Of a DNA stretch of 64,000 nt, positions 10,752 to 20,848 are shown piece after piece. The stretch comes from Saprospiraceae bacterium (GTDB taxonomy: Bacteria; Bacteroidota; Bacteroidia; Chitinophagales; Saprospiraceae): the NCBI GenBank assembly GCA_016720635.1, contig JADKKF010000014.1, positions 20,988 to 84,987 on the forward strand. Reading direction: 5' to 3'. Position 1 is the stretch's first letter, and each line of letters starts with the position of its first letter. Below the pieces are notes generated by a model, which did no database searches, had not been told where the DNA came from, and saw nothing but the letters and a program-made list of their open reading frames with translations. The position numbers were made by a program, and so were the translations under genes.

Positions 10752-11744
10752 ATGTTCATCAGTGGACAACGTGTCGTCCTAATCCATACCAAGGAAAGAG
10801 GAGTTATCTCCCAACTTTATGGCGATGGCATGGTCGATGTGGTACTCGATGATGGCGATCAAATACCCGTGGATAGTGCTTTTATAATCTATGAACACCT
10901 TTTCGATAGCCAAAATAATCAAGGAGGAAAGAGCGATTATCAAGAAGAAAACATCAGTATTATCGCTCCACAGTTTGGGCTTGATATGGGCTTTTTCTTA
11001 GGATTTGACCCACAAAATATTTACGACAAACATACCGACTTCGACATTTATTGTATCAATGATTCGAAAAAAAATTTTAGCTTAAAAGCCACACTGCAAA
11101 TCAAAGGCGTTCCAGTCCTAGAATTGAAAACAGAGTTCAGTAGCTATATGGCCCAGAAAATGGGAAAATTGGAATATAAGGACCTCAGTGAAAATCCAAA
11201 ATTCAGTCTAGAGTTTTCATGGGAAAATGATCATGTCAGGAACTATGAATCTAAGCTAAAACCAGCAAAGTTCTACCAATCATTGGACTATACGCCCATC
11301 GTCAATAAATCCATTTACAGGGAATTGATTTGGCAAAAATTGGAAATACAAAAGAAACTCAGCCCCCAAGAATTGAGAAATCACTCTATTTCCTTATTAA
11401 AGGACGACGATTTCAATCGTACCCAACCCATACCAGTACATGAGGTTTTCGAATACGCAAAATTTAATACGGAGATTGACCTTCATATAGAAGCTTTGCG
11501 CAAGGATCACAAAAATCTAGATGCCAAGAAAATCCTTGAAATTCAACTCAAAGCGATGGAGGACTTCATCAATCAGGCATTGAGACATGGAGTAGAACGG
11601 GTTTTTATCATTCATGGACTGGGCAAGGGAAAACTAAAAGAAGCGATTCATCGTACCCTCCAGACGCAATATCCCATCAAATCATACAAAAATGAATATC
11701 ACCCAAATTATGGATTCGGCGCTACTGAGGTGATTTTTTTGTAA
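10752..11744 (+). CDS. Smr-domain protein (MutS2 C-terminal-like nuclease domain at the C-terminus)
   Basis: The C-terminal block DLHIEAL ... VFIIHGLGKGKLKEAIHRTL matches the Smr domain core. I could not assign the N-terminal 240 aa. Confidence 0.7.
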   Translation: MFISGQRVVLIHTKERGVISQLYGDGMVDVVLDDGDQIPVDSAFIIYEHLFDSQNNQGGKSDYQEENISIIAPQFGLDMGFFLGFDPQNIYDKHTDFDIYCINDSKKNFSLKATLQIKGVPVLELKTEFSSYMAQKMGKLEYKDLSENPKFSLEFSWENDHVRNYESKLKPAKFYQSLDYTPIVNKSIYRELIWQKLEIQKKLSPQELRNHSISLLKDDDFNRTQPIPVHEVFEYAKFNTEIDLHIEALRKDHKNLDAKKILEIQLKAMEDFINQALRHGVERVFIIHGLGKGKLKEAIHRTLQTQYPIKSYKNEYHPNYGFGATEVIFL

Positions 11745-12327
11745 GCAAGAATTTTATCCCTCAACAACCCACATTGACACGACAAACTCTTTTCAAACGA
11801 GCTTTCTTGAAGAATCATAATCGCGCGTCATATAAAAAAAATATTGAAAAACACTAAAATATTTTAGAAAAAGTACCGATAATTTGCCCAAAAATAACTA
11901 ACTTAGTACTTAAGTTTAAGAACCAAAATATTATCATTTATTTCAAAATTTAATTTTAAAATGAAAGAAAATAAAGTAAAATATTTTCTGACAAATCTTA
12001 GAAATTGGATAAATGTCAGTACTTCCAATCAAATCACGCTTTCGATTGATCAGGCAAAAATTGTCAAACTAAATTCTTTAATAAAATCGCCGTATAATTA
12101 GCCCTCGTTTTATTTTGGACTAGAGTTTTATCACTTGACGCTTACTAAGTAAGAAAGTAAGTACCAAAATGGCAAATACTGTCATGAAACTGTAAAGAAG
12201 AATGTCCATAAAGATTGAAACGTTGTAGTTATAAATTGAAACCATGCCGTAAGTGCATTATTATCAAGAGCAAATATATTACAATAAATTATAATATAAA
12301 AATATTTTTTTAGAAAAAAAATCTACT

Positions 12328-12357
12328 ATTGTTGAAAACCTGAAATTGGTATCTTTG
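12328..12357 (+). promoter_or_regulatory. candidate Bacteroidota sigma-A promoter (TTG -33, TATCTTTG -7) for the cupin-like gene
   Basis: TATCTTTG at 12350..12357 matches the TAnnTTTG -7 consensus and lies 30 nt before ATG 12388. A TTG at 12328..12330 sits 19 nt upstream. Confidence 0.4.
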
Positions 12358-12387
12358 TTATATTAAATTGAACAGAAATAGTTTATT

Positions 12388-13245
12388 ATGTTATCGCTTA
12401 AACCAGTAGAAAAAAAATCAGGATTGACCCCTGAAACATTCAAAAAGGAGCATTTGGATCCTATGGTGCCTGTTGTTTTTAAAGACTTGATGGATGGATG
12501 GTCTGGCAAGACTAGATGGACCGTTCCATTTTTTAAAGAAAATTATGGACACCTGCAAGTGCCTGTTTATTCGGCTAATTATAGTAAACCAGGTAAGGGG
12601 TATATGGAGCCTGATAAGAGCATGACCTTTAGGGAGTTTTTGGACACCATGGAAAAGGGGCCCACTGACCTAAGGATGTTTTTATTCAATATTTTCCGCC
12701 ATGCTCCTGAATTGAGAAAAGATTTTAGCATTCCGACCATCATGGATGGATTTATCAATGAGTTTCCATTTATGTTTTTCGGAGGTATGGGTTCCAAAGT
12801 AACTCTTCACTATGACATTGACCTGAGCCACGTATTTTTAAATCAAATTTACGGTCGTAAGAGAGTTATTCTCTTTTCTCCTGAACAATCGGACAATATT
12901 TACCACCACCCTTTCACAGTGGCTAGTTATATAGATATCAATCAGCCTGATTATAAGAGGTACCCAGCATTGAAACATGCGCAAGGATATGAAACCATGT
13001 TGTATCCTGGAGAAACCATTTTTATGCCTAGCGGATATTGGCATTATATCGAATACACGGATTTCGGGTATTCTATCGCTTTGCGCTCGAATGAGTCTAT
13101 TTTGCGCAGGGTCAAAGGCTTAGCAAATATCGCTTCGCATTACGTGGTAGATAAGGGGATGAATAAGATTTTAGGAGAAAAGTGGCGACATATCAAATCA
13201 GATATTGCAGATAAACGGGGCCAAAGAAGTATTCAAAATGCATAA
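12388..13245 (+). CDS. cupin-like (JmjC / Cupin_8 type) domain protein
   Basis: 285 aa. The HYDIDLSHVF ... GETIFMPSGYWHYIEY pattern (HxD ... H in a double-stranded beta-helix) is typical of JmjC-like cupins. Confidence 0.7.
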   Translation: MLSLKPVEKKSGLTPETFKKEHLDPMVPVVFKDLMDGWSGKTRWTVPFFKENYGHLQVPVYSANYSKPGKGYMEPDKSMTFREFLDTMEKGPTDLRMFLFNIFRHAPELRKDFSIPTIMDGFINEFPFMFFGGMGSKVTLHYDIDLSHVFLNQIYGRKRVILFSPEQSDNIYHHPFTVASYIDINQPDYKRYPALKHAQGYETMLYPGETIFMPSGYWHYIEYTDFGYSIALRSNESILRRVKGLANIASHYVVDKGMNKILGEKWRHIKSDIADKRGQRSIQNA

Positions 13246-13711
13246 TACGTTGAAGGACTTTTTTACCAAAACGCTAAAATATAATTTTTGGGCATTTGAA
13301 GTTATGTCTGACTTTGTCTTAGAGTATAAAATCCAGGACGATTATATACTAAAGCAGTTAAGCCATACATTGAATGCCAATAAAGTTTGGCTTAGCAGGA
13401 TTCAAGGCGAGACTTTCAAAATCGACCCATTTTTTGTGCATCCACCTATAACGTGGCTTCCCATGATACAGTCAGATGAAGCCAAGTGCTCTCAATTGTT
13501 AGAGTTTGGACCAGATTTGGAAACACAAATCCAATATACCACTCGAGATGGTAAACCACACGAATTAAGCCTCGGTGAAATATTCTTTATTCTTATAAAT
13601 CACGCCACCCACCATAGAGGCCAAGTAGCTGCAAGGATACGACAAATGGGCCTAGAACCACCCATCACAGATTATCCGCACTATTGTGGACTCATGACCA
13701 CAAAAGCTTAA
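13238..13711 (+). CDS. DinB-family (four-helix bundle) protein
   Basis: The C-terminal INHATHHRGQV motif is typical of the DinB/YfiT superfamily. The likely start is ATG 13238, which overlaps the upstream stop (ATGCATAA). The ORF-track start at 13205 is less likely. Confidence 0.7.
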   Translation: MHNTLKDFFTKTLKYNFWAFEVMSDFVLEYKIQDDYILKQLSHTLNANKVWLSRIQGETFKIDPFFVHPPITWLPMIQSDEAKCSQLLEFGPDLETQIQYTTRDGKPHELSLGEIFFILINHATHHRGQVAARIRQMGLEPPITDYPHYCGLMTTKA

Positions 13712-13714
13712 GAT

Positions 13715-14278
13715 TTACAAAGAAAGCCAATTTTTGATAATGGCGGGTCCATCGGGTGTGAGGATCGATTCTGGATGAAATTGGACCCCATGAAGTGGAA
13801 GATCACGATGCCTAAACGCCATGGCTATGCCGTTTTCATCCCATGCCGTGATGGTCAAACAGGATGGCAAATCTTCTAATGCCCAAGAGTGGTACCGCCC
13901 AGCCATCATGGGTGACTTTATCCCTCTGAATAATGGGTCATCCTCCACCAGTTCCATCGGCGTGGCTACCCCGTGATACACCTTTTTAAGATTGATCAGT
14001 TTTGCCCCAAATGACTTACCTATCGCTTGATATCCCAGACAAACTCCAAAAATCGGCTTAGTATATTTATATCGTTCGATTACATCCATTAGTTGCCCAG
14101 AATCCTTTGCCAGCCCAGGCCCTGGAGATAAGATGACCTTATCAAAGGCCCCAACTTCTGACATGATAATATGGTCATTGCGCACGACGGTCACATTTTC
14201 CTCTCCCAAATTTGCTTGGAGTAAATGCACCAAATTGTACGTAAACGAGTCATAATTGTCGATCATCAAAACCTTCAT
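13715..14278 (-). CDS. glutamine amidotransferase component II of anthranilate / aminodeoxychorismate synthase (TrpG/PabA)
   Basis: 187 aa. It has IDNYDSFTYNLV, the catalytic GVCLGYQAIG and GVQFHPESILT. Confidence 0.9.
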   Translation of the reverse strand: MKVLMIDNYDSFTYNLVHLLQANLGEENVTVVRNDHIIMSEVGAFDKVILSPGPGLAKDSGQLMDVIERYKYTKPIFGVCLGYQAIGKSFGAKLINLKKVYHGVATPMELVEDDPLFRGIKSPMMAGRYHSWALEDLPSCLTITAWDENGIAMAFRHRDLPLHGVQFHPESILTPDGPAIIKNWLSL

Positions 14279-14315
14279 ATTTCAATTATTTCTTGGCTCA
14301 AATGTATGATTTTTT

Positions 14316-14469
14316 GGGCGCATCCTTCCCTCGTCTTGTGGACGAGCTCAGGTCGGGCTATTCCAGGCTATCGGAGCATTCGTTTCCTTGGTCTCCGATG
14401 GATATCTTTTTTCTAGTTAAAACTCATGCTCCAGTCTTTCAGACTGCCTTTCATATCCCTTGCGCGCGC
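14316..14469 (+). repeat. GC-rich structured intergenic element, copy A (GGGCGC ... GCGCGCGC)
   Basis: This is a 154-nt GC-rich island in an AT-rich spacer. Perfect hairpins are CTCGTC(14330-35)/GACGAG(14341-46), CAGTCT(14432-37)/AGACTG(14441-46) and GGATAT(14400-05)/ATATCC(14453-58). It is homologous to copy B and shares ends and architecture with copy C. Confidence 0.6.
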
Positions 14470-14511
14470 AGACTTTTATTTCTGGGTGTGTATTTGATTT
14501 GGATATTTTTT

Positions 14512-16146
14512 CTATTTTGAACGAAGCCATGTTTCCCATTCAGATTGTGATTTAGCATTCAAACAAAATTCTTTTGTCAAGCCTCCTTTTCTAGCCGCTA
14601 TTACGCCATAATTGACATCCTGTATGCCTCCTCGGCTATGCGCATCGGGATTGATGGAAATCATCACGCCTTTCTTCATAGCAGGTGCGATCCAAGTCCA
14701 ATCCAAGTCCAATCGATATGGATTGGCGTTCAGTTCTATAACCACATTATTAGCAGCGCAGGCGTCTATTATTTTGAGCATATCTAGGGGATAGCCTTTC
14801 CTTGATAGCAACAATCTACCCGTTGGGTGTCCAAGGATTCGTGTGTAGGGGTTTTCAATGGCCGTTATCAGTCTTTGAGTGGCTTTTTCCTCGTCCATAT
14901 TGAGGACAGAATGGACCGAGGCTACCACAAGATCAAATTGCTTTAATATTTCGTCTTCGTAATCCAAACGACCATCTACCAGTATGTCGGATTCTATTCC
15001 TTTGTAAGTCTTGAACGGCTCCATTTTTTTATTCAAAAAATCTATTTCTTCCCATTGTTGGAACAATCTTTCTACCGATAATCCATTGGCATACCCAGCT
15101 GACTTTGAGTGATCGCTTATTACAAAATACGAATAATCTAGGCGACGACATTCCATCGCCATCTCCTCTAGGGTATGGATTCCATCGCTCCAAGTCGAGT
15201 GATTGTGCACAATCCCCTTGATATCCCCTGGAGTGATAAGATCAAGGCTGTTAAAACCATCCCAGTGGTCTAGTATATAAGATTCCCTGCACTCGACAGG
15301 TAGATAAGGTTTTTTCAATATTTCAAAGATCGACTTATCATACATGATATCGGCCCAATCAATATTTGTTAAATCTTTTTGGGTAAAACTCAAAAACTCC
15401 TCGCTCGCTGACATCTCCCATTTTACTTTTTCAAAGTCATCCCCATCCACTACATAGGTGATTATTGGAATTCCCTGACACTCAAAAGACCACCTATTCC
15501 CATCCACTTTTACCAGAGTTATCTCACTTTGATCTCTTTTTACCACAGGAATTTCAGATGTCAAATACTCCATTTGGTTCAGTACAGGCAGTTGACGACC
15601 GAAAAGCCCCACTCTTGTCCAAAATGGATTTTCAAAAGCAAGAAATACAGTGGATTCTAGTTTATCCAAATTTGCATAAAGAAACTGACCCTGGGATTGA
15701 AGGTAAAAATTTATCTTTTGTGTTAATTCTTGCTGGGTTTTTAAGCCAAAACCTTTGACCTCAATGAGTCTGTTTTCATTACAAGCGTATAACAACTCTA
15801 CTACGGATTCAATGCCAAGTTCTTTCCATATTTGGCGGACCTTTTTGGGCCCCAATCCATTGATTTTAAGCATTTCTACAACCCCTGAAGGTACTTTTTC
15901 CTTGATAGCACTCAACGCTTGGATTTCCCCATTTTGTAGAGCTTCTTGGATTTTTTCGGCCGATGATTTTCCGACTCCTGGGATTGCAGACATTTCTTCA
16001 ATCGACATGTTTTTCAAGGGTATATCCCATTTGCGCAATCCTAGATAAGCATTTTGATAGGTCCTTATCTTGAATGCATTTTCTTCCAACAATTCCATGA
16101 TGGAGGCCAATAGATCGAATTGTTTTGCGATTTCTTTATTCGTCAT
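14512..16146 (-). CDS. PolX-family protein with helix-hairpin-helix N-terminal part and C-terminal PHP phosphoesterase domain
   Basis: HhH motifs GVGKSSAEKI and GLGPKKVRQIW. PHP motifs GIVHNHSTWSDG, VISDHS and ASVHS ... LGHPTGR. Confidence 0.8.
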   Translation of the reverse strand: MTNKEIAKQFDLLASIMELLEENAFKIRTYQNAYLGLRKWDIPLKNMSIEEMSAIPGVGKSSAEKIQEALQNGEIQALSAIKEKVPSGVVEMLKINGLGPKKVRQIWKELGIESVVELLYACNENRLIEVKGFGLKTQQELTQKINFYLQSQGQFLYANLDKLESTVFLAFENPFWTRVGLFGRQLPVLNQMEYLTSEIPVVKRDQSEITLVKVDGNRWSFECQGIPIITYVVDGDDFEKVKWEMSASEEFLSFTQKDLTNIDWADIMYDKSIFEILKKPYLPVECRESYILDHWDGFNSLDLITPGDIKGIVHNHSTWSDGIHTLEEMAMECRRLDYSYFVISDHSKSAGYANGLSVERLFQQWEEIDFLNKKMEPFKTYKGIESDILVDGRLDYEDEILKQFDLVVASVHSVLNMDEEKATQRLITAIENPYTRILGHPTGRLLLSRKGYPLDMLKIIDACAANNVVIELNANPYRLDLDWTWIAPAMKKGVMISINPDAHSRGGIQDVNYGVIAARKGGLTKEFCLNAKSQSEWETWLRSK

Positions 16147-16159
16147 ACGAAGTCTTGAA

Positions 16160-18277
16160 TTAATCCAGTGTATATCCCTCGATCAGGATTTCCAATATGT
16201 CAATAGCCGCCTTGGAGATAATCGTACCTGGGCCAAAAATTCCAGCAACACCCTGATCTTCCAAAAAAGGATAGTCAGCGGGCGGGATGACACCTCCTAC
16301 TACAACCAAAATGTCTTCTCTACCGTATTTTTTAAGGGCTTCAATGGTATCTGGCACCAGCGTTTTATGTCCAGCAGCCAACGAGCTGATACCAAGGATA
16401 TGGACGTCATTTTCGACGGCTTGCTTGGCTGCTTCGGCAGGTGTCTGGAATAATGGTCCGATATCGACATCGAATCCTAGGTCAGCGAAAGCTGTGGCTA
16501 TTACTTTAGCTCCTCGGTCGTGGCCATCTTGGCCTAATTTTGCCACCAATATGCGAGGGCGCCTCCCTTCCATTTCTGCGAATTGATTTGAAAGTTCTAT
16601 GGCTTTGTTGAAATATTGATCTGTTTTCATTTGTTTAGCATAAATGCCAGAAACCAATTTTGAGTGGTTCTGATATCGACCAAATATGGTTTCTAAGGCG
16701 GATGAAATTTCTCCAAGTGTTGCTCTAACTCGAGCAGCTTTTACGGCAGCCTCCAAGAGATTTTCTGTTGATTCGCCATTTGCTATTTTTACGATGGCAT
16801 CAAGGGCATGTTTCACATCTTCTTCATCGCGATGCTTTTTAACTGAATCCAATCTATCCAACTGCTTTTTTCTGACCTCAGTATTATCCACTTCTAGCAA
16901 ATCGAATGTAATATCCTCCTTGGCAGTAAAGATATTGACGCCAACTATTTTCTCTTGGCCGCTATCTATCAGCGATTGTCTCTTGGCAGCGGCTTCTTCG
17001 ATTCTCATCTTAGGAATTCCCTTTTCGATTGCGGAGATCATGCCACCATATTCATCTATTTCTGCTAAGTGTTTTTTTGCCAATTGGATCAATTCATGGG
17101 TATATTTTTCTATCAAATTTGAACCACCCATGGGATCAATAAATTGGGTAATGCCCGTTTCATTTTGAAGGAATAATTGGGTTTCGCGAGCGATCATCGC
17201 TGAATAATCCGTAGGCAAAGCTATGGCTTCGTCAAAGCTATTGGTATGCAAAGACTGGGTTCCTCCCAAAATAGCGGAAAGCGCTTCTATGGTTGTCCTA
17301 GCGATATTGTTGTAAGGATCTTGGGCAGCCAAGCTCCAGCCAGAAGTCTGACAATGGGTTCTTAGTGCTAAAGATTTTGGATTTTTAGGATTGAACTGTT
17401 GGACGATTTCAGCCCAAAGAATACGTCCAGCTCGCATCTTCGCTATTTCCATAAAAAAGTCCATACCTATGCCCCAAAAAAACGAAAATCTCGGTGCAAA
17501 TTCATCGATATCAAGACCCGCCTCGATCCCCGTTTTTAGATAAGATAAACCATCTGCAAGGGTATATGCCAATTCTAAGTCTGTGGGAGCACCAGCTTCG
17601 TGCATATGGTACCCACTGATAGAAATAGAATTAAATTTGGGCATTTTCTTGGAAGTATAGGTAAATATATCGGAAATGATTTTCATCGAAGGCCCAGGTG
17701 GATAAATATAAGTATTCCGTACCATGAACTCCTTTAGGATATCATTTTGTATGGTTCCACTCAATTTTTCTAAAGTTACGCCTTGTTCCTCGGCCGCTAC
17801 GATATAAAATGCCATGATGGGAAGCACTGCGCCATTCATCGTCATGGATACGGACATTTGATCGAGGGGTATATCAGCGAAAAGAATCTTCATATCCTCC
17901 ACGGAGTCAATAGCCACACCTGCCTTACCCACGTCACCCGTCACTCTAGGGTGGTCCGAGTCGTAGCCTCTATGCGTAGCCAAATCAAATGCCACGGAAA
18001 GTCCCTTTTGACCCGAAGCCAAATTCCTTTTATAAAAAGCATTGCTTTCTTCAGCTGTAGAAAAGCCAGCATACTGTCGAATAGTCCATTTATTCCCCAA
18101 ATACATCGATGCAAAGGGTCCACGACCATAAGGAGGGAATCCCGACAACATATTATTTTGATGGGGGAAAATCTGCCCAAGTGCTTTTACTGAAGCATCA
18201 TCAACCAATTCAACATTCGCCGAGTGATCTTCTTTTGTTTCTTTTAATATGTTTAAGTCTAGCTGTAATGGATCCAA
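16160..18277 (-). CDS. methylmalonyl-CoA mutase, single-chain (catalytic domain plus C-terminal B12-binding domain)
   Basis: 705 aa. Conserved blocks are [23 protein letters not shown] and [10 protein letters not shown]. The C-terminal cobalamin-binding motif is [12 protein letters not shown]. Confidence 0.92.
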   Translation of the reverse strand: MDPLQLDLNILKETKEDHSANVELVDDASVKALGQIFPHQNNMLSGFPPYGRGPFASMYLGNKWTIRQYAGFSTAEESNAFYKRNLASGQKGLSVAFDLATHRGYDSDHPRVTGDVGKAGVAIDSVEDMKILFADIPLDQMSVSMTMNGAVLPIMAFYIVAAEEQGVTLEKLSGTIQNDILKEFMVRNTYIYPPGPSMKIISDIFTYTSKKMPKFNSISISGYHMHEAGAPTDLELAYTLADGLSYLKTGIEAGLDIDEFAPRFSFFWGIGMDFFMEIAKMRAGRILWAEIVQQFNPKNPKSLALRTHCQTSGWSLAAQDPYNNIARTTIEALSAILGGTQSLHTNSFDEAIALPTDYSAMIARETQLFLQNETGITQFIDPMGGSNLIEKYTHELIQLAKKHLAEIDEYGGMISAIEKGIPKMRIEEAAAKRQSLIDSGQEKIVGVNIFTAKEDITFDLLEVDNTEVRKKQLDRLDSVKKHRDEEDVKHALDAIVKIANGESTENLLEAAVKAARVRATLGEISSALETIFGRYQNHSKLVSGIYAKQMKTDQYFNKAIELSNQFAEMEGRRPRILVAKLGQDGHDRGAKVIATAFADLGFDVDIGPLFQTPAEAAKQAVENDVHILGISSLAAGHKTLVPDTIEALKKYGREDILVVVGGVIPPADYPFLEDQGVAGIFGPGTIISKAAIDILEILIEGYTLD

Positions 18278-18471
18278 ATTTTATGTCGTTTTATGCGATT
18301 GATAAATTCAAAATTAATAAAATCTTTGAGCTTTTTCTTACCAAAATGAAGTTGAAAAAAAATATCGACTTCTTTTTTGTATTTGACTAAAAGAATAGCT
18401 GCTTTTTCAAAATATTATATCACGAGGCAACGAATGGGCAAAATTTGTCTCTTAATAATAAAAAAAAATAT

Positions 18472-19280
18472 ATGAAAAAGACTTTACTTTATGGCATTGT
18501 TGCCAGTTTTGCATGTTTTACTCAAATTAGCATCGCACAGAGTTCAAAATTTAGCGTGGGATTATTGGCGGGCTACCAAATGTCCTATTTGGTGAATCAA
18601 AATGATTCAGATGAAGGCCCTGAATTGGATTATGGAGATCCACCGGCTGCCTTGGCATTGGGGGTAAGTCTGGCTTATCACATCAGTCCAAAATTTGCTA
18701 TAGGCGTTGACCCTCTGTTTGTTAGTAAACAGGGCATGAACTATACTCAAGAACTGACTGGAGGTACTGGAACCATAAAGATGGAACTCAACTACACCAA
18801 AATTCCATTATTGTTCAAATTCAATACCAATCCAGATGCAAAAGTTGTTTTTACAGCTTATGCTGGGCCACAAATTTCGTTATTGGGGGATAATGTAATA
18901 ACAGCTATTTCCAAAGGAATTGACGGGTCAAGCCAAGTAAAAACTTTAATTGATCGAGAGTTTAATTTGAGTATAAATGGTACTACATTAATCTCTACGA
19001 GCTTAGATAGATCAGCTTTTAAATCTAGTACTTTTGGAGGCGTAATTGGCTTGGGTGCACAGATTAATTTTGGTAAATTTTTCCTAACCCCTTCTATCAG
19101 AGCTGATTATGATTTCACAGATGCTGAGGAAAAAGAGGCTTCTTATACTGTTGCAGGTGAAAAAAATATATTCTCAAAACTGGAAGTCTGGCTAATTTAG
19201 GTGAGCCAAATACTAAAGATAGAAGTAAAACACACAATATCACAGCTGGGTTTTTCTTGAATCTAGGTTATAAGTTCTAG
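18472..19280 (+). pseudogene. outer-membrane beta-barrel protein (OMP_b-brl / PorT-like), C-terminus displaced by a frameshift in an A7 run
   Basis: Signal peptide MKKTLLYGIVASFACFTQISIAQS and alternating beta-strand pattern. After the A7 run at 19160..19166 the adjacent frame reads KKYILKTGSLANLGEPNTKDRSKTHNITAGFFLNLGYKF*. That ends in a classical OMP terminal Phe, with the stop at 19278..19280. Confidence 0.6.
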
Positions 19281-19362
19281 GTGAATGTTTCACCAACTTG
19301 AAGAATTAATTGTGTAATTCTATTGATTTGAGGGTGGATAATAGAAGGTTAAAATAGTTGTG

Positions 19363-19848
19363 CTAGGAATTGGTATAAGGTTTTAATTCGATTATTTCGA
19401 TGTAAACAGAATCAGAGTTTAAAATTTGAAAATAATCTAGGAGATCTTGTACCAATCCCCTGCGCACGACCCAAATCATATCCTTTTCTTTGTCCAAAAA
19501 TTCATTGATGGTTTTTGCAAATCCAAGTCCTTTTAGCTCTAAAGGGCCCAATTCATCGATTAGTATCGTATTTTTAGACGGGTTGTTAGCGACTTTATAG
19601 AGATGTTCTATCGCCCACTCGAATGAGGCTTGAGAAAAAGTATATTTTCCAATTTGTAAAACCATTTCGCCGCCATTTGAGGTTGATTCCATATGGATGG
19701 ATTCGTTGCTGTGTAACGGTTGAAAGCATCGAATTCCATTTATGATGGGTGAAAGAATTCCTCCAATGGACAATTTTTTTTCATAAAAAGTTTGTAAAAA
19801 CGTCGTCTTGCCCGAATGTTTTTCTCCAGTATAAATGGTGATATTCAT
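19363..19848 (-). CDS. small P-loop NTPase (THEP1 / DUF2478-like)
   Basis: 161 aa. Walker A is GEKHSGKTT and the Walker B-like block is ILIDELGPLELKG. Confidence 0.55.
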   Translation of the reverse strand: MNITIYTGEKHSGKTTFLQTFYEKKLSIGGILSPIINGIRCFQPLHSNESIHMESTSNGGEMVLQIGKYTFSQASFEWAIEHLYKVANNPSKNTILIDELGPLELKGLGFAKTINEFLDKEKDMIWVVRRGLVQDLLDYFQILNSDSVYIEIIELKPYTNS

Positions 19849-19850
19849 GC

Positions 19851-20831
19851 TTATGATTTTTCAGAAATAAAATATCCACCTAGGTCATAGTAAAATAATT
19901 TGATTCTTTTCCACCAAGCTAAGTTTGAATTTTTTTGCCAAAAAAACTTAACCAAATTCCACATGTTGGGTACTGCTTGCATGACGGCTTGGATGTCGTT
20001 ATTTTGATTTTCTTGACTATTTTTAATCCAAATGGTCATTAATTTTTTGAAAAAAGGAATGATGACAAAGAACCACCCAATCACAATAATGGAAGCCCTC
20101 ACGACCAAATAAATCCAATCTTTATGATTTAAAATATCAAAATAAATGAAACAAAGCGATCCTAGAAGAATCCAGGGCCAAAACCAAGAACGTGTCTTTT
20201 TATTATCAATCAACTCGCCCGCTGTGGTTGGTATTTCTATGCTTTTATCGTAAATATTCCATTTCATCTGTATCAGACGGTTTAAAGCATTCCCTAGCCA
20301 AATTCCAACCGCCAAATGGAGAAGTAAATATAAAATCATGAATAATAGCGAATAGGAAGAAATATGGAAAGAGTTCATAACCTTATTCATCCAATCGTCA
20401 AACGCATCCATAAATCCCATGCCAAATATGAAATATACTACTAATAATCTTTGAATACCCGATTCTACCAAAGATATTATCGAAAGTAAAAAGCATTTGA
20501 CTCTAAGTGACCAAGGGGTACTGAATAAAATTTGACCAAGTATTGACTGAAAGGCGAGGGCTAAGTATGCAGTTGGGGGACTTTGTGGGCTTAGTAGAAA
20601 CTTACAGGCAGCCACTATGACAAAGGCCTTTAATATGGCTCCTTTTTCAGGGAAGTGAATGCCCAATAGTGTAATGCAAAAAATGGCACCTGAGCCTACC
20701 AAAAGTCCAGAAATAGGAATATGCAACCCATGTATTAATCCGCCCAAAAACCCTTCGAGTACAGCCCAGAGGGTTATAATTTGATAATATTTTTGATTAT
20801 ATTTATCCAAGTCTGTATCTTTAACATTCAT
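19851..20831 (-). CDS. polytopic membrane protein of unknown function
   Basis: 326 aa with about 8 hydrophobic segments and no motif I recognise. Its stop lies 2 nt before the NTPase start, so co-transcription is likely. Confidence 0.5.
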   Translation of the reverse strand: MNVKDTDLDKYNQKYYQIITLWAVLEGFLGGLIHGLHIPISGLLVGSGAIFCITLLGIHFPEKGAILKAFVIVAACKFLLSPQSPPTAYLALAFQSILGQILFSTPWSLRVKCFLLSIISLVESGIQRLLVVYFIFGMGFMDAFDDWMNKVMNSFHISSYSLLFMILYLLLHLAVGIWLGNALNRLIQMKWNIYDKSIEIPTTAGELIDNKKTRSWFWPWILLGSLCFIYFDILNHKDWIYLVVRASIIVIGWFFVIIPFFKKLMTIWIKNSQENQNNDIQAVMQAVPNMWNLVKFFWQKNSNLAWWKRIKLFYYDLGGYFISEKS

Positions 20832-20848
20832 TTTATACGGCTTAGAAA

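Noticed and set aside
14293-14520. Short ORFs span the GC-rich elements (14293..14520, 28203..28430, 44004..44186).
   Set aside because: They exist only because GC-rich sequence lacks stop codons. The three products are unrelated to each other in frame and orientation, whereas the nucleotide-level ends and hairpins are shared.
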